Made by a program: the position numbers and the translations under genes. From the NCBI GenBank assembly GCA_027451365.1, contig DAIDJN010000056.1, positions 118,226 to 182,225 on the forward strand: a DNA stretch of 64,000 nt, given 5' to 3'. Within the stretch, counting starts at the first letter, position 1. Each line of letters starts with the position of its first letter. Below are positions 1 through 9,143 of the stretch, one piece after another. Under the pieces are notes generated by a model. It saw only the letters and a program-made list of their open reading frames with translations, was not told where the DNA came from and ran no database searches. This stretch comes from Phycisphaerales bacterium (lineage in GTDB: Bacteria > Planctomycetota > Phycisphaerae > WQYP01).

Positions 1-55
1 CCCGTTTAAGAGGATGCCGCGGGAAAAAGAGCCTTCCGAAGCGACAGGAGTCCGT

Positions 56-1663
56 ATGCGTCAATATCTGCGAAATCTGATGGTGTCGGCGGGGGCGATG
101 GCCCTGGGGCTGATTCTGACGGCGGGGAATTCCACCGCGGCGCACATCGCGCATGGTAAACTGCTTTTTAAATTGAATTTCACTGGGCCGATTGGCTCTC
201 TTCCATCGCAAAAGATATGGAAATATGACACGGGCTGGGACCCCAATTGCGGCACGTATTACATAGACTCGGCTAAAACCATGGGAGTGGTGGCTGACTC
301 GCACGCCCAGAGCGGCAAGGCTCTGGCGATTCGCGTGGTGCCTTATCCCGGCAAGCCGGGCGCATTCCTTTCGGCGCGCATTACCACGTTTGCCAATCCT
401 GCGTATCATGTCAAATATGGATATATAGAGGCACGTATAAAGGTTCCTGGCGGACCTGATGGTGCCGGTTCAGGATCGTGGCCGGCATTCTGGCTTCTGG
501 GGACGAATTTTCCAAAAGTCGGCTGGCCCCAGTGCGGCGAGATTGACACCATGGAAAGCGCCGGCAATCGGCCCGGCACCGTTACCGGCACCATACACGG
601 TCCGGGCACAGGTGCTGGCGGCCCTTATTCCCTGCCCGCGGGAAAGGAATTCTGGCAGCATTACCATACATTCGCCGTTCAGTGGAGTCCGCTGGAAATT
701 GAGTTCCTTTGCGATGGTCATGTGTATGCCCTTTTTACCCCGGCGGACCAGAACAAGAATAGCTGGGTGTTTGACCATCCATTTTATATTATTCTCAATG
801 TGGCCGAGGGCGGGGCGTATGGCGGCGCTCCCAATGGAAATGCCATTTATCCGCAGACCATGCTCGTGGACTGGATTAAGGCCTATGCGTGGAAACTTGC
901 TGTTCCCACCGCTGTTCACGCACGCGCGATTGGCAATGGTGGCGTTCATGTGTCGTGGATGGATACGGCCTTTGATGAAAGCGGTTTTGTTCTGCAGCGA
1001 TCGACATCGCGCGATTTTAGCGAGGGTGTTCATACTCGGAAGCTTTCCGCATTGGCGGCCGGTTATACCGATTCGGCGCTGCCAGCAGATCAGAAGTGTT
1101 ACTATCGAATAGCCGCAGTGGAAGGAAAGACACGGTCCGCATGGTCCGCAGTCGCGGCCGTCAATCCAGTTGCGGGAACTCCGTCAGCGGGCGGTCAGGT
1201 TTCCGATCATCCGGTTCTGGCTATTAATTGCGGCGGCCCGGCGGGAGATGGATTTATAGCGGATCGTTATCACTCAAAATCGGCGCACGACGCGCCCGAT
1301 AACCATCCGATTGCGCTGGCGCATGGCCTGCCAGCCATTCCGCAAAGCGTGTATCAATCCAATCGGTACGGTGGCTTTACGTACAGACTGCCCCACTTAA
1401 AGCCGCACGGCCATTATGTTCTGGAACTGAATTTTTCGGAAGGCTATTGGCGGGCACCACGTAAGCGGCTTTTTGCGGTATTCGCCAATGGCGTCCCGAT
1501 TTTAAATGACTTTGACATTTATGCCGCCGCCGGCGGACGGTTCAAGGCGGTGAATCGCAGGTTTCATCTGCGAGCCAATGCGCAGGGGCAGATTGATTTG
1601 CGGTTTGTATCGCAGCGCGACAATGCCCAAGTCAATGGCATTGAAGTGTATGCGGTTAAATAG
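56..1663 (+). CDS. Secreted GH16 glycoside hydrolase (laminarinase-like) with FN3 and C-terminal malectin domains
   Basis: Signal peptide; GH16 motifs WPAFWLLG and GEIDTME (ExDxxE catalytic); FN3-like VSWMD...YYRIAA; malectin-like AINCGG...VYQSNRYG...FDIYAAAGG. Start chosen at ATG 56 after AGGAG. Confidence 0.9.
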   Translation: MRQYLRNLMVSAGAMALGLILTAGNSTAAHIAHGKLLFKLNFTGPIGSLPSQKIWKYDTGWDPNCGTYYIDSAKTMGVVADSHAQSGKALAIRVVPYPGKPGAFLSARITTFANPAYHVKYGYIEARIKVPGGPDGAGSGSWPAFWLLGTNFPKVGWPQCGEIDTMESAGNRPGTVTGTIHGPGTGAGGPYSLPAGKEFWQHYHTFAVQWSPLEIEFLCDGHVYALFTPADQNKNSWVFDHPFYIILNVAEGGAYGGAPNGNAIYPQTMLVDWIKAYAWKLAVPTAVHARAIGNGGVHVSWMDTAFDESGFVLQRSTSRDFSEGVHTRKLSALAAGYTDSALPADQKCYYRIAAVEGKTRSAWSAVAAVNPVAGTPSAGGQVSDHPVLAINCGGPAGDGFIADRYHSKSAHDAPDNHPIALAHGLPAIPQSVYQSNRYGGFTYRLPHLKPHGHYVLELNFSEGYWRAPRKRLFAVFANGVPILNDFDIYAAAGGRFKAVNRRFHLRANAQGQIDLRFVSQRDNAQVNGIEVYAVK

Positions 1664-1918
1664 GGCGGATTGCCAGCTTCCTTCAGGTGCTATCCGACCA
1701 CTCGCCAAAGACCCCCTGAGCGTTGTATGGAATGTCGGCGCGGTCATTGTCGCGGCAAAGCAATCGGCTTTTGGGAAAGCTTGCCCGCCGGAATTCCTTC
1801 CATTTAATCAATTTGTGCGCTATGTTTTTCATTTCCGATCAAAACCGGCGCACCCTTGAATCTTGTGAATTTATTATGCGGTTGACGCCTGATAACGGGC
1901 GCGTTACACCTTTTGTTT

Positions 1919-3139
1919 ATGGAAAATATACATGAAAAGCTGGCGGTCTGGCGAACCGGGCGGCATCTGCCCGGTCGCTGGAGCGGGATTGGCATTGCGG
2001 TCGTTTTGGTTCTTTTAATCGGTTGTCCGCGGCGCGGCGGAGCGGCTGTTCCCCAGAAAATCGCTGTGATACCAGCCGCAAAGACTGTGGCCAATATATC
2101 CGCCAGACGGGCCGAGTGGTGGAAAATCTGGCACGAAAAGATGATGATCGATTATGAATTGCAGCGGCGCTTGGGGCCGGGGCAGCGGGCGCTGTTGTCC
2201 GCGGCATCCAGGCGGCGGGTGGCCGCCAAGGTCATTCCCATGACCTGGCGAGCTTACAAACTGAATCTTCAATTACTTAAGATCAGTTCTTCCCAACAGC
2301 GTCCGTTTGTACACGTTCTTCTACGGGAAGACCTGCTGATATTGAGCGTGCTTGGTGATGCAAAGGCCAAGGCGATATTGAACATAAATGCCGCATCGGC
2401 CAATCCTGCCAAAGCACAGGACGGGCGCGTGGTGCTTCTAATTTATCAATTGTATCTGGCCTGGCATCATGAAAAGAAGGTCTTCGCGATTTTGCGGGAA
2501 TTTGAAAAGCTCGCCCTTGCACATCCAACAAGCGTTGATATCAGCACTACTCTTTCTTCCATTACCAACAGCCCGCCGCGATTGCCCACGCAGGCTGAAA
2601 GGCGATTTGTGCGGCACGTGCTTTTGAATGTGATGCCGAAAACTCTCGCGGCCCGCATGCTGGCGCAAGACAATGCCTCGCGGCAAAAGCTGCTGGCCAT
2701 GGTGGGTAAGCCTTTGAATCTGCAAACCCGATCGTTGACGGGTGACCGGTTGAATACCGCCCGCTGGCGCGGCAGAGTGCTGGTCGTATGCGTCTGGTTT
2801 CGCCTGAACCAGCTTGTCGCGATGCAGCCTTTTTACGATAAATTTCATGCCCGCGGATTGTCCATGGTCGGCATTCCAATGTGGCAGAATTTTGAACAGA
2901 TCGGGCAGACCATGATGACCCATCCGCATATAACCTGGCTTCAGACGCGCATTATCCATAAGGTCGCAGGTGACGGACTGCTATTCGGTGCGATTCCATT
3001 TGTGAATGTCGGTAATCGTTGGCAGGACTATGAAATAATTTGCGACAGGCGAGGCATCGTACGATTTGTGGTTTTCCACGGCAGCGGCGGTATGCCTGCG
3101 GAGGACATAAAGAAACTGCTGGCGGACAGGCCGCATTGA
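1919..3139 (+). CDS. Exported hypothetical protein with C-terminal TlpA/thioredoxin-like fold lacking CXXC
   Basis: N-terminal hydrophobic segment; C-terminal GKPLNL...WRGRVLVV...FYDKFHARGLSMVGI...W...DRRGIVR resembles TlpA/redoxin domains, but there is no WCxxC. Confidence 0.6.
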   Translation: MENIHEKLAVWRTGRHLPGRWSGIGIAVVLVLLIGCPRRGGAAVPQKIAVIPAAKTVANISARRAEWWKIWHEKMMIDYELQRRLGPGQRALLSAASRRRVAAKVIPMTWRAYKLNLQLLKISSSQQRPFVHVLLREDLLILSVLGDAKAKAILNINAASANPAKAQDGRVVLLIYQLYLAWHHEKKVFAILREFEKLALAHPTSVDISTTLSSITNSPPRLPTQAERRFVRHVLLNVMPKTLAARMLAQDNASRQKLLAMVGKPLNLQTRSLTGDRLNTARWRGRVLVVCVWFRLNQLVAMQPFYDKFHARGLSMVGIPMWQNFEQIGQTMMTHPHITWLQTRIIHKVAGDGLLFGAIPFVNVGNRWQDYEIICDRRGIVRFVVFHGSGGMPAEDIKKLLADRPH

Positions 3140-3195
3140 TACGGCATCCCTGACTTTCGGGACCATCTGGACAGGGTCCGGCATAGCGCAGTCCG
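2756..3195 (+). repeat. Copy 1 of a ~440-bp diverged duplication (copy 2 at 14220-14655)
   Basis: Manual alignment; includes a 66-bp exactly identical block (2984-3049 = 14447-14512); similarity continues past the stop codon. Confidence 0.9.
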
Positions 3196-3575
3196 ATATC
3201 ACTGCCGCCTTTTGCAATTTTTTAAATAGCGTTGTGGGCCTTGGTGGATTCAACTGATTCCATCACATCCACAGTAGATTGACTTGGGGCCGAATGTCCC
3301 GCGCGTCATGCGCCATGCCGCAACTTGCCAACGTTCAGTATTGTTCCATTTTATACCACGACCGATAAATCCGGCTTCTTCCTTGGATTTGCCCAGCGGT
3401 TGACCGGCTCAGGCGGATAAATTCACGTCCGATTTTGGGCCGACCGATAAACAGGACGGGTGGTATCTCGTTATAGAGACTGCCTGATACGTATCGCTGG
3501 TGCGCCGCCCTGGCGGATTCAGTGTCAAAGCCGAATGAAAGGGGATAATTCGGCTGGCCAAACAGGAGCAGTTGC

Positions 3576-4523
3576 ATGCCGACGAAATTAAAATCTGCGG
3601 AATGGCGCACACCCTGGCGCAATACTTGGGGCGTTGCCCCTTCTATGCGTGCCTTGGGCCCGCGGCGTGTTCAGGGTCGTGGTTTTACCCTGGTGGAACT
3701 TCTTGTGGTGATTTCCATCATTGCTCTTTTAATAGCCATCCTCTTACCTGCGCTGGCCAGAGCCAAAGCATTGGCGTATAGCATTCAATGTTCCGCGAAT
3801 CTTCGTGCCATCGGTCAGATCAATGCCGAGTATGTGAGCACATACAGCGGCAGTCTGCCTTTTGGCATGGATACCTACGGTCCCGGACCGAATGAATATG
3901 ATTCACTGCTTTTCAGTTATTATATTGATGTTCAACCGAACATCTTCTGGAACAACAGGGGGTCCAATAAGGACTGGGAACAAAAATATGTCGCGTTCTT
4001 CTGGTGTCCATCTCGCGTATTGGCCATGCAGAATCCTTGGGGCATGAATTATGCGTGCAACCCAAATTATTTTGTTGCCAACAAAGGCGGAAATACCACT
4101 TTTCGCGATTCCGATGTGGCTGACCCGGCTGAAGCCGCAGGCGTAGGAGATGCAAATCAGGCCTTCGGAGATGGTGGATCCTGGATGACGTTTGACTGGC
4201 AGCAGACCGGAGCAGCGTCACCATATATTAATGATCAGAGCTATCTTGTTCCGCCGAATGGCCTTTCAGGCGGTGATACGGCCAATGTGGATGCGGGACC
4301 CAATTTTGTATTTGGCACGGGGCTTCGTTATCGCCACAATCTATTTGCGGCGAACAGTGGGAATGGAAATGTCGTGTTCCTGGACGATCACGTGGAAAGT
4401 CTGAATTTTAATGACAACACCCCAGGCGCGCCCGTAGGAGCCGCAGGTACGATCGGTAATGATTTAACATTAACTATTCAAAACATTTACAATCCATTGT
4501 TGCCTGCCAGCACGCAACAGTGA
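3576..4523 (+). CDS. Prepilin-type N-terminal cleavage/methylation domain protein (planctomycete DUF1559/H-X9-DG-like family)
   Basis: GFTLVELLVVISIIALLIAILLPALARAK, CSANLRAIG, FWCPS, YRH...GNVVFLDDHVE; AGGAG RBS upstream. Confidence 0.9.
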   Translation: MPTKLKSAEWRTPWRNTWGVAPSMRALGPRRVQGRGFTLVELLVVISIIALLIAILLPALARAKALAYSIQCSANLRAIGQINAEYVSTYSGSLPFGMDTYGPGPNEYDSLLFSYYIDVQPNIFWNNRGSNKDWEQKYVAFFWCPSRVLAMQNPWGMNYACNPNYFVANKGGNTTFRDSDVADPAEAAGVGDANQAFGDGGSWMTFDWQQTGAASPYINDQSYLVPPNGLSGGDTANVDAGPNFVFGTGLRYRHNLFAANSGNGNVVFLDDHVESLNFNDNTPGAPVGAAGTIGNDLTLTIQNIYNPLLPASTQQ

Positions 4524-4585
4524 TCTGACACCACATCGTTCCGCCCGGTGAAGTGAATGGTTAAATGGCTCATTGGCAACGCCGC

Positions 4586-5248
4586 TTATTTGCGCACAAT
4601 AAACTTGCCGTACATGCCGGCCTTGGCGTGGGCGGGCATTTGACACAGGTAATAATACGTGCCGGCCTTCTTGCAGGTGAATGTAACGGTGGAAACCCAA
4701 TAGCTGGATTGTTTTATATTGCTTCCAGTGCGCGGCATCATCAGCGGAATGCTGGTCAGTTGCCCGGGCAGCGGAAGCGTCATGACGCCGCCGTAAGGTG
4801 GGGCCTTTGTACCAATGGCGATTCCGTGAATCATGCCCGGGCCGTAGTCCATATTCACCAGAGTAAGTCGGATCACCGAGCCTGCCGGCACGCTTATCGT
4901 TGGGTCCACCAGCTTGTGGACTTCATACGTGGTATCCGGAAAGCCTGGTTCCACGGCCACAAAAACCAGGTGTATTTTCCGGCCCGTGAACGTGACCAAT
5001 TTTGCGGACTTATTCGCCGTTCCGGTGGTATCGTCATGCTTCACCAGCGGAGCGACCTTGGCCCAAGGTAACAAAACCTGTCCTTCGGTCGGCTTGACCT
5101 TCATATGCATGCCCGGCATGTTGCCCATTCCGGGCATGTTTCCCATGCCGCCCCGCACCTGCGATGGCGCGGCGAATTGAATGCCGACAGCGAACAACAG
5201 GGCGGCGAGGCCAGCGGATAAGATTGCGGGTTGAGAAATGCGCTTCAT
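4586..5248 (-). CDS. Rusticyanin-like blue copper protein (cupredoxin) with Met-rich N-terminal extension
   Basis: Signal peptide; VAVEPGFP..YEVH...PTISVPAG...H; C-terminal GTYYYLCQMPAHAKAGMYGKFIV carries type-1 Cu ligands Cys/His/Met in the rusticyanin pattern; GGAG RBS before ATG 5248. Confidence 0.85.
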   Translation of the reverse strand: MKRISQPAILSAGLAALLFAVGIQFAAPSQVRGGMGNMPGMGNMPGMHMKVKPTEGQVLLPWAKVAPLVKHDDTTGTANKSAKLVTFTGRKIHLVFVAVEPGFPDTTYEVHKLVDPTISVPAGSVIRLTLVNMDYGPGMIHGIAIGTKAPPYGGVMTLPLPGQLTSIPLMMPRTGSNIKQSSYWVSTVTFTCKKAGTYYYLCQMPAHAKAGMYGKFIVRK

Positions 5249-5312
5249 GACATGACTCCAGTACGGGTTCTTACGACAAACCACCACAATGTTGCAGAAA
5301 AATCCCATGCAT

Positions 5313-6773
5313 TTAATACTCCGGTTTCGCGGCCGGGCTTGACGGGCCGGGAATGGGAACCGGCGTCTGGCCGGGATTGATACCGTCGCGCTGCATGTTG
5401 GCGGCGGTGGCGTTTAATGCCAGTTCACCGGGTGGATTCTGATACCAGCCGGGATCATTGTAGGTTGTAATGCCATCCCGAACTTTAAGAATCGTGAACA
5501 TGCCGCCCATATCAATCAGGCCGTGCGGGCCTTTTCCACCCAGCATGGGCGTGCTGTTGGGTATGCTGGGCATACCCATGGTCATGCCCATGCCATTCTG
5601 CCCCATGGTCATGTAATCGGGCAGAAGCTTTCGCATTTTATGGCCCAGGGTTCCCGGTTTTACACCAATCATGTTGGGGAAGTTATGGCCCATCTGCGTC
5701 ATGGCATGGTGTGTCATGTGGCAGTGCATGGCCCAGTCCCCCGGATTACTGGCCACAAATTCCACCGTTCGCGTGGTACCTACCGGTACCAGAACGGTGG
5801 TGGCCGGCTGCCAGGCGCTGCGCGGATATTCGCCGCCATCACTGGCCACAATTTGAAACGAATAGTTATGAAGATGAATTGGGTGATGATCCATGGGGCC
5901 AAGATTTCCCAGGCGGATGCGTACCCGCTGGCCAGTGCGAACCACCAGCGGATGCGTCGCCGGAAAGGATTTTGCGTTCATGGTAAATACGTTAAAATCC
6001 GTCATTTCCAGCGGGTTCGGCCGGTAAGCGCCCGGGTCAATCCGCCATTCATGAAGCATGATTGCGAAATCCCGGTCTACCGCACGGTCCGGGGCCGGCG
6101 TGCGCGGATGAATAATAAACAGCCCCGTCATGCCCAGGCCGATCTGCGTCATTTCATCAAAATGGGAATGAAACATTTTGGTGCCATGGTCCACCAGATT
6201 AAATTCATACATATATGTTTCACCCGGCGGAATGGCCTTTTGTGTCAGCCCGGCCATGCCGTCCATGCCGCAGGGCACATACACGCCGTGCCAGTGTGTG
6301 GTGGTGGCCTCCGGAAGCCGATTGGTGACATAGATTCGCACCCGTTCACCCTGCACCGCTTCAAGTACCGGATGAATCATGCCATTGTATCCCCAGCATA
6401 AAGCCTTAAGCCCGGGGCAGAATTCATTCCACACTTCCATGGCCACCAGATGAAACACTTTCACACCATTTACAATTTTCCATGGAATGGTGCCGGAATT
6501 GGGGGATTCCACTGGTATATAATCCCGGCCCGGCAGGCCGGGCGCAAGAGGCCTGGCGTAGAGAGCTTTACGCAAATCTGCTGTGTCCGGCAGGCCGGTG
6601 GAATGATCCGGCGAGTCGGCGTGTGCCGCTTCAACTGCCGCGCCAGCGGTCTGGCCACCGGTGCCCGAACCCAGCATGGCTGCGGCGGCACCAGCCGCCA
6701 CTCCGGATGCCAGCAGATTGCGACGGGATAATCCAGAACGTATGGAAGTTGTGTGGGACATATCTTGTGGCAT
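5313..6773 (-). CDS. Tat-exported two-domain multicopper oxidase
   Basis: SRRNLL Tat motif; HWHG, FHSH, HPIHLH, HCHMTHHAM copper-binding motifs; Met-rich C-terminus. Confidence 0.93.
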   Translation of the reverse strand: MPQDMSHTTSIRSGLSRRNLLASGVAAGAAAAMLGSGTGGQTAGAAVEAAHADSPDHSTGLPDTADLRKALYARPLAPGLPGRDYIPVESPNSGTIPWKIVNGVKVFHLVAMEVWNEFCPGLKALCWGYNGMIHPVLEAVQGERVRIYVTNRLPEATTTHWHGVYVPCGMDGMAGLTQKAIPPGETYMYEFNLVDHGTKMFHSHFDEMTQIGLGMTGLFIIHPRTPAPDRAVDRDFAIMLHEWRIDPGAYRPNPLEMTDFNVFTMNAKSFPATHPLVVRTGQRVRIRLGNLGPMDHHPIHLHNYSFQIVASDGGEYPRSAWQPATTVLVPVGTTRTVEFVASNPGDWAMHCHMTHHAMTQMGHNFPNMIGVKPGTLGHKMRKLLPDYMTMGQNGMGMTMGMPSIPNSTPMLGGKGPHGLIDMGGMFTILKVRDGITTYNDPGWYQNPPGELALNATAANMQRDGINPGQTPVPIPGPSSPAAKPEY

Positions 6774-6784
6774 ATACGGTTTCC

Positions 6785-8281
6785 TTATTCACGAGATTTG
6801 GTTGTCTTGGTTCCGATCGGTTTGTGTGTCTGGGGCAATTTAAGGATTTGCGCGGCTGCCGGAAGCCGCCCGCCAATGGCGCTTTCCAATGCTGCTCTGG
6901 CCATCCAATACTGGCCGGCCGCCTGCACGGCCTTGTGCTCTGCCCGAATTTCATTTTGCCGGGCCAGCAGCAATGGATATGGCCCGGCGTACATGCCGTT
7001 GTAGGACAGTTGGGTTTCTTGCAATATTCTCTGGCGCAGCGGCACCAGAATATTGCGGAAAAAAATGGCGGTATGACGGGCCGCGACCAATTTCACCCAA
7101 CGGCGGCGCACGGTTGCCCGCACGTTGACAGCTATTGCGTCAATTTTTCTGCAATCAGCCAGAAATCTGGCCCGCGCGCGGGCAATGGCCGGCTGGCCCT
7201 GATTAAATATGGGCAGCGGAATGGAAATGGCCGGCCCTAGGGTGCCTGCCACATCGGGATCGCGCACATAATTTAAGCCTACTGTTGCGCCAGACATGAC
7301 GCCGGCGGCACCCGCCATTTTCAGCGTGCTCGCCGCCGCAAGCAGTCGGAAACGGGCTGCGCGAATCGCCAGACTTTGCCGAATAGCCAATGATTCCAGT
7401 CCGGCCAACTTCGGATCAACCATGGGCACCGGTGGCAGTTGCGGCTTTATCCGCCAGGAGTCCCGCGGTCCCCACAGGCCCATCAGTGCCGTTAGCGTCT
7501 GGCGATCTTCCAGCATTCTGGCGCCGGCATTGGCGTATGCGAGCCGGGCCTCCTGGTATACATCCAGCTTCTGGTCGTAGGGAAGTTGTGCAATATTCCC
7601 GGCCTCCCGCAGATGGCGGGCAAATATCGCGCTGTCGTGCGCAGCGGCCCTGACCTGCTTATCCAATTGCCACAGTTGCTCGTCCATCTGTACCTGATAA
7701 AAGGCGGCTTTTACTTTGGCCGCCAGTTGCATGACATCCGCGGCCACGTCAGCTTTTTGTGCGGCAAATGCCGCTTTGGCAATGCGCTTCCGCGCGCTTA
7801 GGAACAGCAGGTCAAGAAATGTCTGGTCTACACTTGCGTCCCACCCGTGGTAAGGTCGCGCCGGAAACCGAAGGTCGAAAGAAAACACCGGATTTTTCAA
7901 CAGGCCTGCCTGTACCAGATTTGCTTCGGAAACGCCCAGCTTCTGGTAATCCGCCTGCAATGCCGGACTGTTGAGCAGGGCGATTTGCACCGCCGCCCCC
8001 GCCGAGAGGTTGTGGGACAACAGCCCGGTGACCGCGGCACGAATCTTCTTATCCGCCCGGGCACTGTCATTCCAGATAACCTGCCGACCCGTGCGATGGC
8101 GTATCGCGCTGGCCAGTGAATGAAATCCCGGTCGCGGTGGCACCGTTGCGCAGCCCGCCAGCAGCAGCCCGCTGATAGCCATGGCTGCCTGCGTGATGCG
8201 CCGCCCGTGCCGGCGAGGCCATTGCCTGGCGGCTTTGCATATCGTGGTCAGTAAAAATGACGAATTGGATTGTGTTATCAC
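6785..8281 (-). CDS. TolC-family outer membrane protein (copper-oxidase-associated type)
   Basis: Lipobox LLAGC; AVQIALLNSPALQA, AGLLKNP, ISIPLPIFNQGQ, YWMARAALESAIGG typical of outer membrane efflux proteins; directly upstream of the oxidase. Confidence 0.9.
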   Translation of the reverse strand: MITQSNSSFLLTTICKAARQWPRRHGRRITQAAMAISGLLLAGCATVPPRPGFHSLASAIRHRTGRQVIWNDSARADKKIRAAVTGLLSHNLSAGAAVQIALLNSPALQADYQKLGVSEANLVQAGLLKNPVFSFDLRFPARPYHGWDASVDQTFLDLLFLSARKRIAKAAFAAQKADVAADVMQLAAKVKAAFYQVQMDEQLWQLDKQVRAAAHDSAIFARHLREAGNIAQLPYDQKLDVYQEARLAYANAGARMLEDRQTLTALMGLWGPRDSWRIKPQLPPVPMVDPKLAGLESLAIRQSLAIRAARFRLLAAASTLKMAGAAGVMSGATVGLNYVRDPDVAGTLGPAISIPLPIFNQGQPAIARARARFLADCRKIDAIAVNVRATVRRRWVKLVAARHTAIFFRNILVPLRQRILQETQLSYNGMYAGPYPLLLARQNEIRAEHKAVQAAGQYWMARAALESAIGGRLPAAAQILKLPQTHKPIGTKTTKSRE

Positions 8282-8637
8282 TGAGGGCCTCCCTTCATGT
8301 TCATGCCCGGCATGGAACCGATATTCATTTGGGGCGTGGATGTGATGTTTCCGGGCTGTCCGGCTTTTGTCGGTACGCCAGAAGTCTTGCCGGCCGCGGA
8401 CGGAGGTTTTTGTAAAATAGCCACCGGTGGCTCAGCAATTTGCTTATTGGGATGTGCCACATTCAGGAAACCCGTCGCCGGAATTGCCGGACCGGGCGTG
8501 GCCTGCGGATCAGCCGGACCTGCCAAAGCCGCTCTTTCCGTATTGCTTAAGTGGTTGTCGCCTCCCGATTGACTACAGCCTGTCACCGGCAGACATGCGG
8601 CGCACAAAAGTGCTGGAATAATATACCGTGATTGCAT
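8278..8637 (-). CDS. Hypothetical lipoprotein with Met-rich tail (copper cluster)
   Basis: Lipobox-like VTGC; Pro-rich; C-terminal MNIGSMPGMNMKGG; stop overlaps the TolC start (ATGA). Confidence 0.65.
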   Translation of the reverse strand: MQSRYIIPALLCAACLPVTGCSQSGGDNHLSNTERAALAGPADPQATPGPAIPATGFLNVAHPNKQIAEPPVAILQKPPSAAGKTSGVPTKAGQPGNITSTPQMNIGSMPGMNMKGGPQ

Positions 8638-8725
8638 ACAGCCTCGCGGAAAAACTGCGGAAAAAAATGCGTTACAGTCGCCGGCGCGAACCGGCGGAAA
8701 AAACAAAGTGTGCGCCCCGAATGTA

Positions 8726-9106
8726 TCAGATAATCAGTGCGCAGTGCTGCGACAACAGCGATTGCCGCTGGCGAGCGGTCAATGGAAGCGCGGGAGTCGC
8801 CCCACGCGCTTGTGAAATGGCAGAAATGTTTTTCAAGCGGTCATGGGTCAGCCACGTCAAAAGACTCGGCGCGGTCGGAGGGGCAATTTCAATTTTGCGG
8901 ATGGACAGTGTGCGCGCAACCAGTTGATGGCAATCACAGTCTGGAACGCCGCTGCGCCATGCCGGGATTGACCCGACAGTTGAATTGCCAGCGATTATTT
9001 CATGGTTGGAACGGGCGACCGAAGCGTGGCAGCGGCAGCGATTGAACCCAAGTCCAAACGACAGGCACAATGCCGTGATCAGAATGTATTTAAGCGCAGC
9101 GCACAT
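8726..9106 (-). CDS. Small Cys/His-containing exported protein heading the copper cluster
   Basis: Hydrophobic N-terminus, CRCH and CDCH motifs, C-terminal LLSQHCALII; co-oriented with the copper genes. Confidence 0.5.
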   Translation of the reverse strand: MCAALKYILITALCLSFGLGFNRCRCHASVARSNHEIIAGNSTVGSIPAWRSGVPDCDCHQLVARTLSIRKIEIAPPTAPSLLTWLTHDRLKNISAISQARGATPALPLTARQRQSLLSQHCALII

Positions 9107-9143
9107 GAAGAAAGTGTAGAAACGGCGCTGTGGATTGTCAAAT

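Noticed and set aside
3140..3575. Cobalamin riboswitch before the prepilin-like gene (GAGACTGCC resembles the B12 box)
   Set aside because: The other conserved elements (GGGAA, GCCACTG/CCGCAACTGT) could not be found.
4586..6773. Complete Acidithiobacillus-type iron oxidation (rus) operon
   Set aside because: No c-type cytochromes (cyc1/cyc2) or cox genes nearby; the context looks like copper handling.
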